A stretch of DNA of 61,649 nucleotides, filler included, from Bipalium vagum (Eukaryota), in the NCBI GenBank assembly GCA_037834085.1. It is 3 parts of 3 records of this genome, joined end to end, with 100 filler letters (N's around TTAATTAATTAA, not from the genome) between each part and the next. Parts side by side here need not be neighbours in the genome. Positions count along the whole stretch, not along the records: positions 1 to 19,518 come from JBBMKC010001295.1; 2 more parts are not named here. One strand, written 5' to 3'. Under the pieces are notes generated by a model, which did not search any database, had not been told where the DNA came from, and saw only the letters and a program-made list of their open reading frames with translations. Of this stretch, positions 1 through 13,490 are shown one piece after another (the stretch's first letter is position 1; every line of letters begins with the position of its first letter). A program made the position numbers and the translations under genes.

Positions 1-988
1 TGACTTTCAAGTATTAATTAATTTTTAATTCTTAATATTAATAATAATAATATTATTATTCTTATTTATACATTATTTATAGTTTTTATTATTTATTTTT
101 TCCCGGGGGGTGTCTTGGTAAACCCAACAATATTAATAGTTTAGTTTAAATAGTTTTGTGATTGATAAACACAGCTTTTTGAAAATGAATGTTGAGGAGT
201 TTTCTGGCAATATTAATGTCACTAACAAGAACATATTTTTATATTTTGTTTGTTTCTTACATTTTCTAATGTTTTACAGTAAAATGAATTATTTAATATT
301 TTAAAAAAGAAATCAAATTCATTCTTATTTTTCTTTGCCTCAATTCTTTTTTGTTATTAAATTTAAATTTTTTTTAAAAAGTTGATTTATTAAATTTTAA
401 CTTTTGTGTATTTTTTTTAATATCATCCCATGGTCTAAATATTAGTCTAGCATTGATCATTAATTAGTATATTCTTATCAAATTATCAACATTACGTTTT
501 CTTTAAAATATTCAGGTTTATATATATATATATTGAAAATTGAATAATAAAGTATTATTTATTTTTACTTTTCCAGGACAAAATGAAAAATATTTTTGTT
601 GAAACGTGTAATGGTTTTAGATATTCTATATGAACTTTATAAAACCAAATTTAAATTGTAAAAATTATTTATATTAACAATAAATTATAGCATAAATATT
701 ATCATTATTTATTTATGCAACTATAATTGAGAAAATATTTGTATTTTTTTATCATGTATCATGATTTTAAATAAATATTCAGGTGATATAATATGGCATT
801 ATAATTATCATCAATTTATAATATTAATACTCTTATTAAATATTAATTTATTTTTAGATGATTATAATATTGTTTAAGTACGAAATAGAAAGTTGTTAAC
901 AGTGAAAAATTAAGCTTAAAATATATATACACATAGTTTTTGTTTAAAATAACCGTCTTTTCAAATGATATTATCAATAGAGCGTTGA

Positions 989-1297
989 ATGGCGATTTCT
1001 GGGTCTTGGAATAATGATTTTAATACAAAAAATCAATACAATGAATATAAAAACTGTTTCGAAACTCAAGAAGGAATTTATAAATTGATTTATTCAACAG
1101 ATTTATATTCTCATGATAGAGAAACTCATAATGTAAATAATATTAATACTAATACACCGGTCAGACTTTCATTTTTAAACCGAAAAAAGCTTCAAAACTC
1201 CGATGAAATAGAAACAATAGACGAGTCTCAAACTGATTTGATTTGTGTCAATTTTGGTAAAGAGCTATATGTATACCCCTTTGATAATTATAATATT
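989..1297 (+). CDS. WDR20: WD repeat-containing protein 20 / DMWD family, exon 1 of 6; model join(989..1297,1343..1525,2978..3409,6425..6876,12785..13249,17539..17887), 729 aa
   Basis: ATG at 989; FETQEGIYKL, PVRLSF and ICVNFGKELYVY motifs typical of WDR20; GT donor at 1298; all six exons join in frame (2190 nt) with GT-AG ends. Confidence 0.9.
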
Positions 1298-1342
1298 GTA
1301 AGTGAATTATACTTTCACATTAATCATATGTTACGTTTTCAG

Positions 1343-1525
1343 AATCAAGAAAATTTTTCTCCTCTTGATAAACGACTTTATAAATGTACATTTCCAACAT
1401 GTCATGATTTCAACAAAAGTAGTGCAAGATCAATGTCTATATTGTTGATTGTTGGATTTACTGGTGGTCAAATTCAATTAATTGACCCAATTAAAAAAGA
1501 TCAGTGTAAACTTTTTAATGAAGAG
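1343..1525 (+). CDS. WDR20: WDR20 exon 2
   Basis: PLDKRLYKCTFPTCHDFN...GFTGGQIQLIDPIKK...LFNEE; ttttcag acceptor, GT at 1526, phase 0. Confidence 0.9.
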
Positions 1526-2977
1526 GTAGATTATAGTAATTTTTTAATAACTTAATTAACATTTTTAAAAACTTAAGGGTATTATAAATATTGGTTTATA
1601 CAAATTGTTATACAGTATGTATTACAGTGCCTCTTTTCCATTATATCAATATATGATATAAAGTTACTTAGTTTTAATATTAACTACAAATTATTAAATA
1701 AATTTAAAGCATTAATTTTTATAAGAGTTTTTCATATTAATACATAGTTACAGCAATAAAGAAATGAATTATTTTTACTGCTTATAATTCTTACGATTTT
1801 CCCGATTTTAATCTATAATATAAGTGATAAAGTGGGGTGTAAATTAACAAATTGAAAAGATCTTAAGATTTCTTTGATTCACAAATTTCGGTTATTAATG
1901 TTTTACCCTACTTGTACTCTTGATGCTTAAGGGACATAATTATTATTCAGATTAAAAAATTATTTATTATTTTAATAAAGCGCAATATCACTGATTTTTG
2001 AAAACTAAATTTGAGAAATTTTTTAGACAACATACGGAAATAACATAGTTTTCGAGGAAATGAAATTAACTTGTAAGCATTGATATAGAAATATTTGGAA
2101 CATAACTATTGTCATAATTGCATATGGATGACGAATTTTAATTTATAAAATGTCAGTAGGATTTTTGAAAACTTAAAATATCCTAGGAATTTTAAAGAGG
2201 GTATTTTAGTACCTATGTAGGCGTGTTGGAAATATTTGTAGAAAAACTTTTTTATTAGAGTTTAAAATATTTTTATATTTCAATTTTTATTATTGATTTT
2301 ATATTTGCAACGAAAAATTAGCTTGTAAATAAAATCATCATAAATCAGGACGAGAATAATTGATTTTCCAAAGTAAATATTAAGAAATCTTAAGATGGTT
2401 CAAAATCAGATATTTGAGATCTCTGTTACATTTTGAGATATATTGAATCACGTTGACCACGCTACATTAACAATATTAAAGTTTTTGAGAGTCTGATAAT
2501 GATTTACAGTACTTTTGAACCAAAAGTGCAATATTTATTCTCTGAATTAGATTACCTAATCCAACCTAGCTCCAAATTATTTTCAATATAAAGTCTGCAT
2601 TGTAGAAATAATTTAAATTCATCTCGTTATTCTATTCTCGATTATTGCGACTTTTGATATTATCCAGTAAAATACGCTTATGAACAAAAAGCCGGATAAT
2701 TCTACTGCAATTATTATTATAATGGGTATTTATACTGAATTTAATATCAGTTCATTTAATTGATAATATTATTGACTGTCTCAAAATATAGATCAATAAA
2801 ATTTATCTTACATTTTAATTAAATTATAATAAATATGAACAGTTTATGACAAATAAAATTAATAAATGACGTGAAAAATGTTTTTTGAACAGAATTTGAA
2901 GGTCAACAATCAGGTATACACTACTTTATAAGAAAAAATTAATTAGGTAATTAGTTAATTAGTTAATTTATATTTAG

Positions 2978-3409
2978 AGACATATAGACAAAACATTAGT
3001 GACATGTATCAAATGGGTCCCAACCACATCCAATCAATTCTTAGTTAGTCACGCTAGTGGATATTTATATTTGTACAACGAAGACTTACCCTGTGGAGCG
3101 CTGGCTCCCACTTATCAGGTTTTCAAACAAGGATGCAAATATTGTATATATACATGTAAAACTAAATCTACAAGAAATCCTCTTTATCGATGGGAGTTCG
3201 AATCCCCAGAATTTGTCTCCAGCTCGTCTGAACTGGAAAAATATGTAAATAATTACAGTGGATCATCAAACAATGTATCGTCATTACTGTGTAGCAGTCG
3301 ATATTGTGCCATAAATGAATTTGCATTTTCATATTCTGGTCAGTGGCTTGCAATTGGAAGTCAAGATGGATTTTTGAGAGTTTTTGACTATCACAAAATG
3401 GAACTTCAG
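2978..3409 (+). CDS. WDR20: WDR20 exon 3
   Basis: RHIDKTLVTCIKWVP...FLVSHASGYLYLY...CKTKSTRNPLYRW...AINEFAFS...SQDGFLRVFDY; tttag/gt boundaries. Confidence 0.92.
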
Positions 3410-4520
3410 GTGAATATTTTCACATTTTTTAAAAAAATAAAAATTGATTAAACATTTTCATTTTGAAAAATACAAGCCCTAATATTGATTTCCTGTTCAC
3501 ATTATTGCTAACATGAATCTATTTTTTAAATGTTATTGTAATTTTTTATATAAGATGCTATATATCAATTTTTAAAAAAAATTTCTGTATAAAAAACCTA
3601 ATAATATTTTAACTATTTATATACTAAATCTGTTTTATAATATTAATATTAACGGTCCTAGTCAGCATTGTTTCGTATCCTTTAAGAAATTCATTTACGA
3701 TTTTTGAAGTACGACAATTGCAGCTAAATCTTTCAAAGTGAAATCACGTTTAGATGCACACCTGAATCCATATGATTCAATCGCTTTACTTTATCAACGG
3801 TTTTTAATTCTCAACTTTTTTTTGTAGTGTCCCATATTTCAGAAATCTGGTTATAAATTTACTTACATATGTATTCCAGCATTCTATGTTTTCATAATCA
3901 ATTATAATCTTTCATTTACACTAAAAAAGTTATTTTAAAATGTTTATAAAAATGAATTTTTCAAAAAATATTTTATTGATCATAATTAAAATACGAAACT
4001 GAGTACTAACTCTTTCAGTTTATTTATACACAATGGTTTTAAGTACAAAAATGTGACCTCACTTTTTCTAAGCAAACATTCAATTTATGTTGTCTAAAAG
4101 TTTTTCATGATTTTAAATCTCATGGTAACGTGATTTAAATTCTGAGAATACAATGATAAAAATAATAATAATTCTTATTTTGAAAAACTTCAGTTTTAAA
4201 TCACAAATTCAGTTTTCAAACTAATCAATCATATATTATATCTACTTTCTTAAAGTTAATTTAGAAATTTTTCGAGCAACTATTGATTGTTTATAATTGT
4301 TATGAATAAATTGATATTATATATGTTGTCTTCAAATGTTGCCAATTATGTAGAAAAATATTTCAGTAATTATATAAAATAAAAATTGCCAATTTTAAAA
4401 ATTCCCTTTTATTTCTAAAATTTTAAAAAATATTTTTTGGATAGGATTTTTTCAATTACGGCTTTTATTTAACTTAGTGGTCTTCATAATATTTATTTTT
4501 TACTCACTTCTTAATTACAT

Positions 4521-6037
4521 TGATAATTGAAAATTAATCGGATCTCGGGATTAGAACGAACAAAATCGTATTTTTTTACAACAATGTTTTACCTATACTT
4601 GAGCATGAATCATCAGCATATTGATAGCATTTTTTTACAAGAGAAAAAAATAAAAATAGATTAATCACAAAATTACGATTGTTTAATTAGTCACATTTTT
4701 TATATTAATTTGTCATCGTAGTCAGTTTGATTTTTGCCATCATCATTATTCTCTTTCTGGCTTTGTGATTCATAATGAGCAATATCATTCAATTCAGAAT
4801 GATTTATCTTCAGCTTTCCGATATTCCGATGAAAGTTTCACTGAGTTACTCCACTTGGTGTTCGAAGATACGCAGAATTTTTCGCTTTTAAAACTTTAGG
4901 CTTTTGAGAATATCATCATTTCGCGTTTGCCATGATCTCAGTCATCCAACGGAAAATGTATCCAGAATTATAGTCCATTGTCGTTTTGTGGAACAGATCT
5001 TCGTAATGCTTGAGATTTTTCTCATAAATCAAAAAATATTGTTTTCGGTGTCATAAGAACATTTTATGTTTATGAGAAGACCTTTTTGATTACTGAATTC
5101 TATTTGTAGATCCAATCGTTATATAGATTTGATATATTGGCTTTCTGCGCTGACAAACACTTTACCCGTGGTGTTTGCTTTGATCTGTTCGGCGAGATAA
5201 TCTTGAATGGTATTGTGACGACAGTTTTGAAATATTCTCGACTGATCACAACCCAACAGAATATGGGATAGAGTCTCTTTTAGCTCATCACATCTTTGGC
5301 ATCCTCTGAATATTGAGCCGTGTTAAGCATTGATTTGAATAGAGTAAGATCTGGCTCTATGTATGAAATATCATGTAGATATGGATATTTCAACATTGAA
5401 TACAGGCCTTGTGTAGATGGATGATTGACCAATTGAAGACGCGATGCGACCAGCATTTAATTGATTATTCCAGTTGAAGTTCCATGTATGAATGATAAAA
5501 TTATGAATTATTTTCGAAATCAACTTGGCATCCTTTAATTTGACAAGTTCTTCATTTTTATAGTTTGGATTCAGTTTTTGGAAGAGTTTGTTGCATATTC
5601 TATTTTCGTTGAGTTGAAACTTGGCAAATATATTATCTTTTTTCAATTGATTAATTGCCGAACGGGTTTTTCTCTACCAACAATGAATATCTTCAAGATT
5701 GAGCCATTCGAAAGTGTATTCAATTAATACCTTTTTTCTCATATCTGGATCTGAAGCAGGAAACATTAAAGAAACTGAGATGTATCAGATATTGTGATCT
5801 ACAGTTGAACAGCTGGGGCACATTTGCGATGGATTGATCTAAATATTCGTCAACAATAGATTTTAGTGTATAGATATATTTTATCGAAGACCGAATACCC
5901 AGACCTAGAATAGTTTTCAAAACCGAATATTCGGTTCTATTGCATTTTCTCCATTAGTCATTTCATCCAAGACCTTTCACATGGACTGCTCTAACCGCTG
6001 AGCCACGGGCCCCGACTAATTTTCAATTTATCTCACA
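4521..6037 (-). mobile_element. Solo tRNA-derived LTR split into 5' half (5971..6037) and 3' half (4521..4557) by the RLE retrotransposon
   Basis: Minus strand reads tgtgagataaattgaaaattagtcggggcccgtggctcagcggttagagcagtccatgtgaaaggtc [insert] gttctaatcccgagatccgattaattttcaattatca, matching the LTRs at 28774 and 28993. Confidence 0.75.
4558..5970 (-). mobile_element. 5'-truncated, degenerate RLE-type non-LTR retrotransposon (R2/NeSL/Utopia-like), 3' portion
   Basis: Minus-strand translation: YFIHRAR...CQRCDELKETLSHILLGC (CCHC knuckle)...RHNTIQ...RLDL...LLINIKCSYD (restriction-like endonuclease motifs); contains stops. Confidence 0.8.
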
Positions 6038-6424
6038 ATTATAATAATTATTATATTTAACAAATTTCTTAGCATTTTTTTTCTCAACCTTCACTATTAT
6101 TAATCTGCTTTCATTATTATTATCAAAATTTTTTTTAAAATTAAATTATTCCAAAAATAAACCTACAAAATCAGTTATCTTGTCGAAATATTAAAAAATT
6201 TCACAGCTGGAAAAATAGATTTTTATCTTTGAAATTCTTTTACATCCATCTGAATTTTATTTCTCAAATTCACTAATTCAAATCATTTTAATTATAGTTG
6301 CAAAATTCAGGATCAATTATTGTAATGAACAAAAAAAGAATTATTTAGGAGTTAATGGATTCGTTAATTTTCATTTGTTGAGTTTTCGTTAAATTTTAAA
6401 TTCTTTACATTACTTTGAAATTAG

Positions 6425-6719
6425 GGAAGCATGCGCTCTTATTTTGGAGGCATAATCTGTTTGGACTGGTCTCCAGATGATAAATTTATCGCTATTGGTG
6501 GACAAGATGATCTTGTTACAATATGGTCTGTATACGATCAAGTTGTCGTTTGTCGTGGTCAGGGTCACAAGTCTTGGGTCAGTACTGTCAAATTTGATCC
6601 ATTCATCTGTCCAACAAAAGATAAATTTACAAGCAATATCACCAAAAATAATAGTAATATCAGCAATAATAATAACAATAGTAACAATAACATTAATAAT
6701 AATAGCAATAATAATAATA

Positions 6720-6778
<59 letters not shown>

Positions 6779-6876
6779 TACAATAATGTAAAGGATAATT
6801 CAATTGATTATGAAAGTATCAACAATGATGACCATTCAAATAATTGTTCGGAAATAGTGGATTCTAACACCTACCG
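6425..6876 (+). CDS. WDR20: WDR20 exon 4 (contains poly-Asn tract)
   Basis: [35 protein letters not shown]...[16 protein letters not shown]; phase-2 donor at 6877. Confidence 0.92.
6647..6787 (+). repeat. (AAT)n-rich coding microsatellite, poly-Asn in WDR20
   Basis: Imperfect then perfect aat run in frame with exon 4. Confidence 0.95.
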
Positions 6877-8785
6877 GTACTTTCATATTTTATTTTTTCT
6901 TTTTAAAAATAAATTTTAATGATTTTATATTGAAATAAAATGAAATTTTTGTAATATCGGTATTAACTTTTTTTGTATTTATTTAATATAAATTTGGTGA
7001 TTTTCATTTATTTCACATTTTATATTCATTTTTATTATGAATATACTTAATTTTAGTTTGATAATTATCCAAATCAATTAATATAAAAATTAATTAACTG
7101 AGTGAACAAAATTTTTTTCTTACGGAATCCGTAAAGTTTTAATGAATAAATCGATGTTATCAATTGTTGACTTTAAAGTGATAAGGTGCCATGAAAAATA
7201 TCATGATTTTGTTATATAAATGATTGGTTTGCTGAAAAATGTCATTTTCTATTGTGTAGACTAATCAATTACTACTTATTGCAACAACGTATGATCTACA
7301 TTCGATTATAGAATTAAATATCTAACTTAAGAATTGGACAAGTAAACTATAAATAAATCAAATGGGGATATCATTGGATTTTCTTTATTCAAAAACTTTA
7401 TAATTTATCAAAATCAAAATTTTGATCGATATCATCTATCAAATTTTATTTAATAACACTTATTAATATTAAAAAAATATTAAATGATTCTTGTTGTTTT
7501 AGTTAATTGGAATCAATTTTACCAGTTTTCCAGAATTATTATATTATATTGATTTCAGAAAAAAAATGTTTTCAATTCTATTTTTTGTTAATATTAGTAT
7601 TACAATAAATTCATTTTAAAATTTTTGAGTGGAATGATTTTTTGTTCGAACTAATTATTCCGATTTTTTATCTATTGATTAATTGAAAAATTGTTTAAGA
7701 GTAAGTAAATAAAAATCGTTTCTTTATGTTTTGTATAGAAATACTAAAATATTAGAGAAAGAATTTATTAAGTAAATAAATAATACTTAAACAAATAATT
7801 TTCTAATTTTGTCACAATCGTGCATTTGAGGTCAAATGTGGTTGACACTTACTAAAATGTTGATTGAAATAAATTGAACAATCTAACACATAAATAGTGA
7901 TAATTAATGTACATAATTGAGCAATGATTTGTAGACTGTCCTTTATCTTAGAACGTACAGTAATAATAGTTTATAAAGCTGTTAAAATCATTAGACACAA
8001 GAAATCTTTCAGAAAAATTTATCAGACACAACTAAAGAAGGCTTATTTTTATATTGATCTTGTTACATATTTTTTCACAAGCTATTAGTTTTTTAAACCA
8101 TGAAAATTAGATAATTAAAAATTAATAAAAATTAAATTAAATTTTCTTGGATCAAAATATTTTTCTACCAATATGAAAATATTCTTTAGAAAAATTTACA
8201 TATATAATAAAACATAATTAAAAAAGACCATATTAAACCTAGTTTAGTTATAAAAGATTATTGTGAATACCAATTCAATCAATGAAATTTAATATATTTA
8301 ATATTATTAACGTCTAAGGTCAAATAAATTTTGGAAATGAAATTTTTAATTTAAAGATCCTTAAACATGGTTCTACTTTTCAAACTGATCTGCATGTTGT
8401 TGAGGGATATCCCTTAGGAATACATTGTGTATGGGTTTTTGTTAAAATCTCATTATCCTTTTAGAAATTAAGAAGTTGCAGCTTTTTTATATAAATAGGT
8501 ATCGGTTTTTATGAAATAATCATATGAAATTTTGTTATAATCAGGCATAAAATATTTCACTGATTAATAATAAGGCAACAAGAAAGGAATTATGTATAAC
8601 TCTGATTAATACACGATTACGATTAATAATAATACACGATTAATACACTGTTTTTTGATAAAAAGTTAAAATTAGTGTTTACAAAGCAAAAAAAGAACTT
8701 TATCAATATGTAGTTTGGAGCACAATTGAAAGTTAAATTTCACTTAAAGACGAAATTGTAGAAAGAATTTGAAAAATTACCTTTA

Positions 8786-10059
8786 TATTAGGTAACAAAT
8801 AAAGTTCTCGGAAAAATTAAATAATTTTTAAATAAAATTAATAATAATTATATTGTATTTTTATTCGCATTGTTTATCGAAGGTAAATCGAAATTTTAAT
8901 TTTTTATAAATATTATTTTTTAATATAATTTTTAGATTTATTTTTATTTGTAGATGAAAAGTTTTCAAATTAGAACAATAATTTTCTGAGTGGAAAAGAG
9001 GTTTCTCTGCTTAAGAATGCTTGAATAATATGAAGTCATCTTTAGGCGATGAGATTGTAGGAAAGTCGACTGTGTATGAGTTTCTTAGAACATTTAATAG
9101 ATGGAAATTTCAGTTTTGAAGATGATATACGTCATGGTATTCCAAAAGTAATGGATGATGATCGAACAATTCAAGCAAATGCGACAATTAGAACCGATGA
9201 ATTATCGGAGTTATTCAACAAAACAAGTCAAGTGATTAGAAATTATTTTCATGATCTTGGCTATTCGTCAGTGTGGAATAATTGGGTACCACATTTGCTT
9301 AGTAAGTTTAACAAAGAAAATAGAGTGAATGTTTGTAAAGAACTGCTTGATTTGCATCGAAAAAAATATTTTTTTCACGATGGTAACTGCTGATGAGAAA
9401 TGGGTGTATTATAAAAACTTATCTAGACGCAGATCATGGAAAAAGTCAGGTGGAGAATTTGTAGCAGTAGATAAACGTGGTTTGACTCATAAGAAGATAT
9501 GAATGTGTATTTTTTGGGATATTAGAGAAGTTTTGTATAAAGAATTTCCGAAAAGTAGACAAACGCTTACTACAGAAGTATGCATTCAAAAATTAGATAA
9601 ATTCAATTCAGTAATGAAAAAGATTTGGCTTTCACATCTAATTAGAAAAGGAATAATCTTCCATCAAAATAATGTAAGCCCACATACATCAAATTTAACA
9701 AAACGGTAGCTTGATAGACTGCGTTGGACAATTTTGAAACATGCCCTTTATTCTCCGAACAAAGCCCCTTCAGATTATTACCTATTTAGATGTTTGCAGA
9801 ATAGTTTATTTGGCACTAAATTCAAATCAATTGATGAAACAATTTCACAAAATCAATCTTTTCTAAGTTCCAAAGATTATGATTTCTTTAAAGAAGGCAT
9901 TTACAGGTTGTTGAAGCGTTGGGAGCAGATTGTGAAGAACAATGATGCATATATTTAAGACTAAATGGTTTTTGTCATATGACCTGAAATATATGTAATA
10001 TTTTCAATAAAAAATTAAACTAACATTTAATTTTTCCGAGAACTTTTTTTGTTAAAATA
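8786..10059 (+). mobile_element. Near full-length degenerate mariner transposon
   Basis: TIRs aacaaataaagttctcggaaaaattaa / ttaatttttccgagaactttttttgtt; frameshifted transposase with WVPHLL, DEKWV and YSPNKAPSDYYLF. Confidence 0.9.
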
Positions 10060-10449
10060 TGAAGTACTGAATATTAGACTAAAAAGTTGAAAAAAATCAA
10101 GATATATTTATTTATTTGTTTTTTTATATATAATTACTATTGTTTAACATAAATGAACTTTAATTTACTTGATTTTTTATTTTTAGTGTTTATTTTATTT
10201 TGAAACAATAAAATATGCAGGGCATACGATGTTGGGTTGAAAATTTCAGTGAATAATAAATACGGCGTTGTCTTATTTAAACCTTTGTATATAAATTTTA
10301 TAGAACTAATATTCAGTAATCAAAATCCAAAATTACATTAAAATAGTTAATGTAACTAAATATTTTATTTAGGTGTGTAACTAAATAACCAGAAATTTTT
10401 GAAGAAATAATTAAGAAGAAAAAACTATTAATAATATTTATTTTAGGAA

Positions 10450-11500
10450 TTAAACACGTTTTTTGTTGGAAGTATCAGTTGCAATTACATGCTCCCATCT
10501 ACGGATTGCATTTTGAAAAAATTCTTGATTTTTTGAGCAGATCCAAGAATCGAGCCATTTTAGGGTGTCATTATAAAAACGAAACTGCATGTCAATTAGA
10601 CTGTGCGACATGGAACGGAACAGGTGATAATCCGATGATAATCTGGGGAATACCGCGAGTGAGATAAGATTTCCCATCCAAGGATTTGTATATATATATA
10701 TATATATATAGTAACTAGTTTCGAAACATGTGGCCGAGCATGGACATGTAAAAAAATAATTTTATAATGCCTTCGGCATAATATGGTCGTTTATCCTTTA
10801 TTTCTTGGGTTAAATGCATCATTTGGAGTTGATAACTTGTTTTTTGATTGTTTCGTTTGGTTGCAATAACTCTTAGTATAGTATACATAACTGATGCCAC
10901 CAAATGGATAGCATGACCTTGTAATCATGAATGTGTCACTTGGCCGTCGATGTAGAAGTATGGTAGGACCATCCCCATGATCTTTTTCGCTTAGGATTAC
11001 TGTAGTATATCCATTTTTCACTTGTGATGCAAGAAAGATTTTCGTCTTTGACGTTGAAACACGTCTACATATCTCCGTTTCAATTCGTATGGCACCCATC
11101 TTCCTAAATCATTCTTTCTAAATGATCATCATTCTAAATGATCATCTTTCTAAATGATCATCATTCCATCTTCCTAAATCACCCATCTTCCTAAATCATT
11201 CACCCATCTTTCTAAATCATTCCCATTACTTGTAAATGTTTGGCCACATTAAAACAATCGACTCCCAATGATATTGACATTTGGTCTTGTGTTTGACGTG
11301 AATCTTGGCTGAGTAAAGTCTTTAATTGTTCATCATCAAACTTATCGATTATCTTCCTTGATGTTGAAATCATCATTTTTAAACCGATGAAATCATTCAA
11401 AACATTGTGTTTTTGACAAAGAATCTTTCCCATATGCTCCCTCTAATAAACTGTGACTCAGAAAGATTAGCCTAACAAAACTTCCCGCAAATACTTTTTA
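10450..11500 (-). mobile_element. Degenerate mariner (Mos1-like) transposase
   Basis: GRWVPYEL, SSDYHLFRSMSHSL, IRRWEHVIA in broken frames. Confidence 0.85.
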
Positions 11501-11599
11501 AAAAAAAATCATTCTTACATTCAAATTTGATAGATAAATCATATTTTTAAAATAACATACATTATTTATGTACTACAAGTATCTTAAAACTGACTTCAT

Positions 11600-12204
11600 C
11601 ATTATACGCCGGATATTAAATTCAATCAATGCAATGGACAGCAAAGTGTGAACCAGTTCCCAAGAAGGCAAAAAATATTCCATCTGCAGGAAAAATGTTG
11701 ACTACCGTTTTTTGGGATTCTAAAGGTTTTTTTTCATGGACTGCCTTGAAAAAGATAAAACGATAACTGGGTTATATTATGCAAGTCTATTTGATAAACT
11801 GCTTTAGCACATTTGTGAGAAACGTCCAGGTCTGTCGAGGAAAAAATTTTTTCCCCCATGATAATGCAATATGCTCACACATTTAATGTTCTAATGGAAA
11901 AAAATTAAAATTAGTTCCACACCAACGTATTCTCCAGATATGGACCAGTCACTGTTTCTTCTGTTCAGAAACCTGAAGAAATTTCTCGCCGGACAAAGAT
12001 TTTCGTTAATTAGTGAGGTGATTATCTCCGTGGTTGGCTATTTTCAGACATCGACAAATTGGCCTACAACGATGGCATCAAATATTTTGAGTAACGTTTA
12101 ATAAAGTGTATTCAGCTTGTATGAGACTACATTTAAAAAAATTGTTTTTATCTTTTGATTTTGTTTTCATATTTATTCACCGAACTTTACAATTCACCCT
12201 CGTA
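11600..12204 (+). mobile_element. Mariner fragment, 3' half (irritans-like)
   Basis: KKAKNIPSAGKMLTTVFWDSKG, HDNA, FRNLKKFLAGQRF; right end aattcaccctcgTA. Confidence 0.8.
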
Positions 12205-12784
12205 TAGCAGCTTTTTACTTAAAATTTTATTCTACAGTGTGCGTAAAAGTATCTCATTAAAAAGATGCAAAACACTTTTTTTAAATGTTAAAGTTATAAA
12301 TTTTTTTAACAGCACATTTTACGGATGGTAGATTTGGAGAACAGGGTCATTTCATTGGGCGGCAAGATCATAAGAATTTTCTCCAATGGTATTTTTTAAC
12401 GATATCTAAAGAAAAAAGTTTTTATAAGCAAATCAAAGAACCTAAAAGATCTGGCGAATGCCATCGAAGAAGAGGAAGATAAAATTTTACCAAAAATATG
12501 TAAAATATGTTGACATCTTTTTATTGTCGATTAAAAATTGTATTAGTGTTAATGGATGTGATGTTAAAAAATATTAATATTTAATAAATTTTTTCATTGT
12601 ATCTAAAATTCTAGTTAACAATATATCATTTTAAAATCTGATACTTGTTACATTCTGTAAAATACATTTTTATGCAAAACTACAATATAACGGGTTGTAT
12701 TTTTTATCAACGAATATCGAATGAATTACTGTCTATTATCAATAATTAATGAAAATAAAATTGATAAAAATTAATTACTTATAG

Positions 12785-13249
12785 ATTTGGAAGTGTTGGT
12801 CAAGATACTTTATTGTGTTTGTGGGAATTAACTGAAGATGTTATCAGACAGGCTCTAAAATTTTCAAACAATCAAAAGGAAAAGACTAGAATAGAAATTT
12901 CCAAAATGAACAATGATGACAACATTTTACACTATTCAGATTATTTATCTTGTATCTCGTCATCGACTATGCCGAAACTTAAATTGAAAGGCTCATTATT
13001 GAAAAACACCAAGGTCATCAGTAATAACCAGAACGATTCTAATCTTCACATACATAATCAGTCTACCTATTCCACGTCTTTAAGTCAAAAATTTGTATAC
13101 AGTCTTGGAGGAATTCTTGGAAATGGTCCTTCAAATATTGATAGGAAGCATTTCACATTCAGTGGAGATAGTGTCTCATTTAAAACATCTCATCAAAAAA
13201 CCTCAGAAAATAAGCAGAATGGTTCCACAACTATCGATTATGATAAAAA
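12785..13249 (+). CDS. WDR20: WDR20 exon 5
   Basis: (R)FGSVGQDTLLCLWELTED continues YR from exon 4; phase-2 donor at 13250. Confidence 0.88.
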
Positions 13250-13490
13250 GTAATTTTTTTTATTTTAAAAGAATCATCTTTAAATTCATTGAAAATGAAA
13301 TCGATTGATAAAAAAATATTAAATTCAATAAAAATGTTTATCACAAAAAATTATAGGAATTATAAATTTATAGTAAACTTCAATATTAATCAATATTGAT
13401 TTAATGAACAACAAAAAGTTTGAAATTTCCATATTACAAGAAAGTATTCATTGATTATTTCAACTTTAAAGTGTGAAGTGAATAAATGCA

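Noticed and set aside
6477-6791. Poly-Ile membrane-like ORF
   Set aside because: Alternative-frame reading of the AAT microsatellite in WDR20 exon 4.
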